A stretch of DNA of 63,971 nt, the filler included, from Octopus bimaculoides (Eukaryota): assembly GCF_001194135.2 (NCBI RefSeq). It is 5 parts of 5 records of this genome, joined end to end, with 100 filler letters (N's around TTAATTAATTAA, not from the genome) between each part and the next. Parts side by side here need not be neighbours in the genome. Positions count along the whole stretch, not along the records: positions 62,943 to 63,971 come from NW_026359244.1; 4 more parts are not named here. One strand, 5' to 3'. This document shows, piece after piece, positions 63,810 to 63,971 of the stretch. The notes under the pieces are model-generated. The model worked only from the letters and a program-made list of their open reading frames with translations. It ran no database searches and was not told where the DNA came from. Numbering within the stretch: position 1 is the stretch's first letter; each line of letters starts with the position of its first letter. The position numbers and the translations under genes are program-made.

Positions 63810-63971
63810 TTTTTTTGGTAGTGGTTGGATTTTGTGCATATATATATACATACATTTATATATATTTTGTCTTTTAAATACGATATTATGAAGAATTCTT
63901 CTGGGAAAATACACAAGCATTAGGTAGATTTTTTTTTCAATATATGTGTATGTACTTGGGTATATATATAT

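Overview
AT-rich, microsatellite-dense eukaryotic scaffold with many N gaps. The tRNA/CORE-type SINE families and repeat density suggest an octopus or other coleoid cephalopod (inference from recognition, not a search). I cannot support any host protein-coding exon, rRNA, true tRNA gene or CRISPR array. Nearly all recognisable content is transposon-derived: two Tc1-like elements (one near-intact DD34E transposase split by a clean 121-bp spliceosomal intron), two mariners, a DD37D maT fragment, a hAT/Buster transposase pseudogene, a Ty3/Gypsy pol relic, a probable solo LTR, about six Penelope-like fragments, four R4/Dong-type (REL endonuclease) LINE fragments, about 20 SINE copies and several fold-back elements. 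Best leads: (1) a non-coding ~550-bp (AAT)n-tailed retroposon co-oriented with Dong-type LINEs in TAA microsatellites, and fused head-to-head to one at a second locus, possibly a Dong-dependent non-autonomous element; (2) a ~330-bp unit present as two inverted, circularly permuted copies (A-x-B-A'-B'); (3) the intron-bearing Tc1; (4) a 36-bp minisatellite grown from a SINE core; (5) degenerate hammerhead-like motifs. TTAATTAATTAA inside 100-bp gaps is an assembly marker. All alignments were done by eye.
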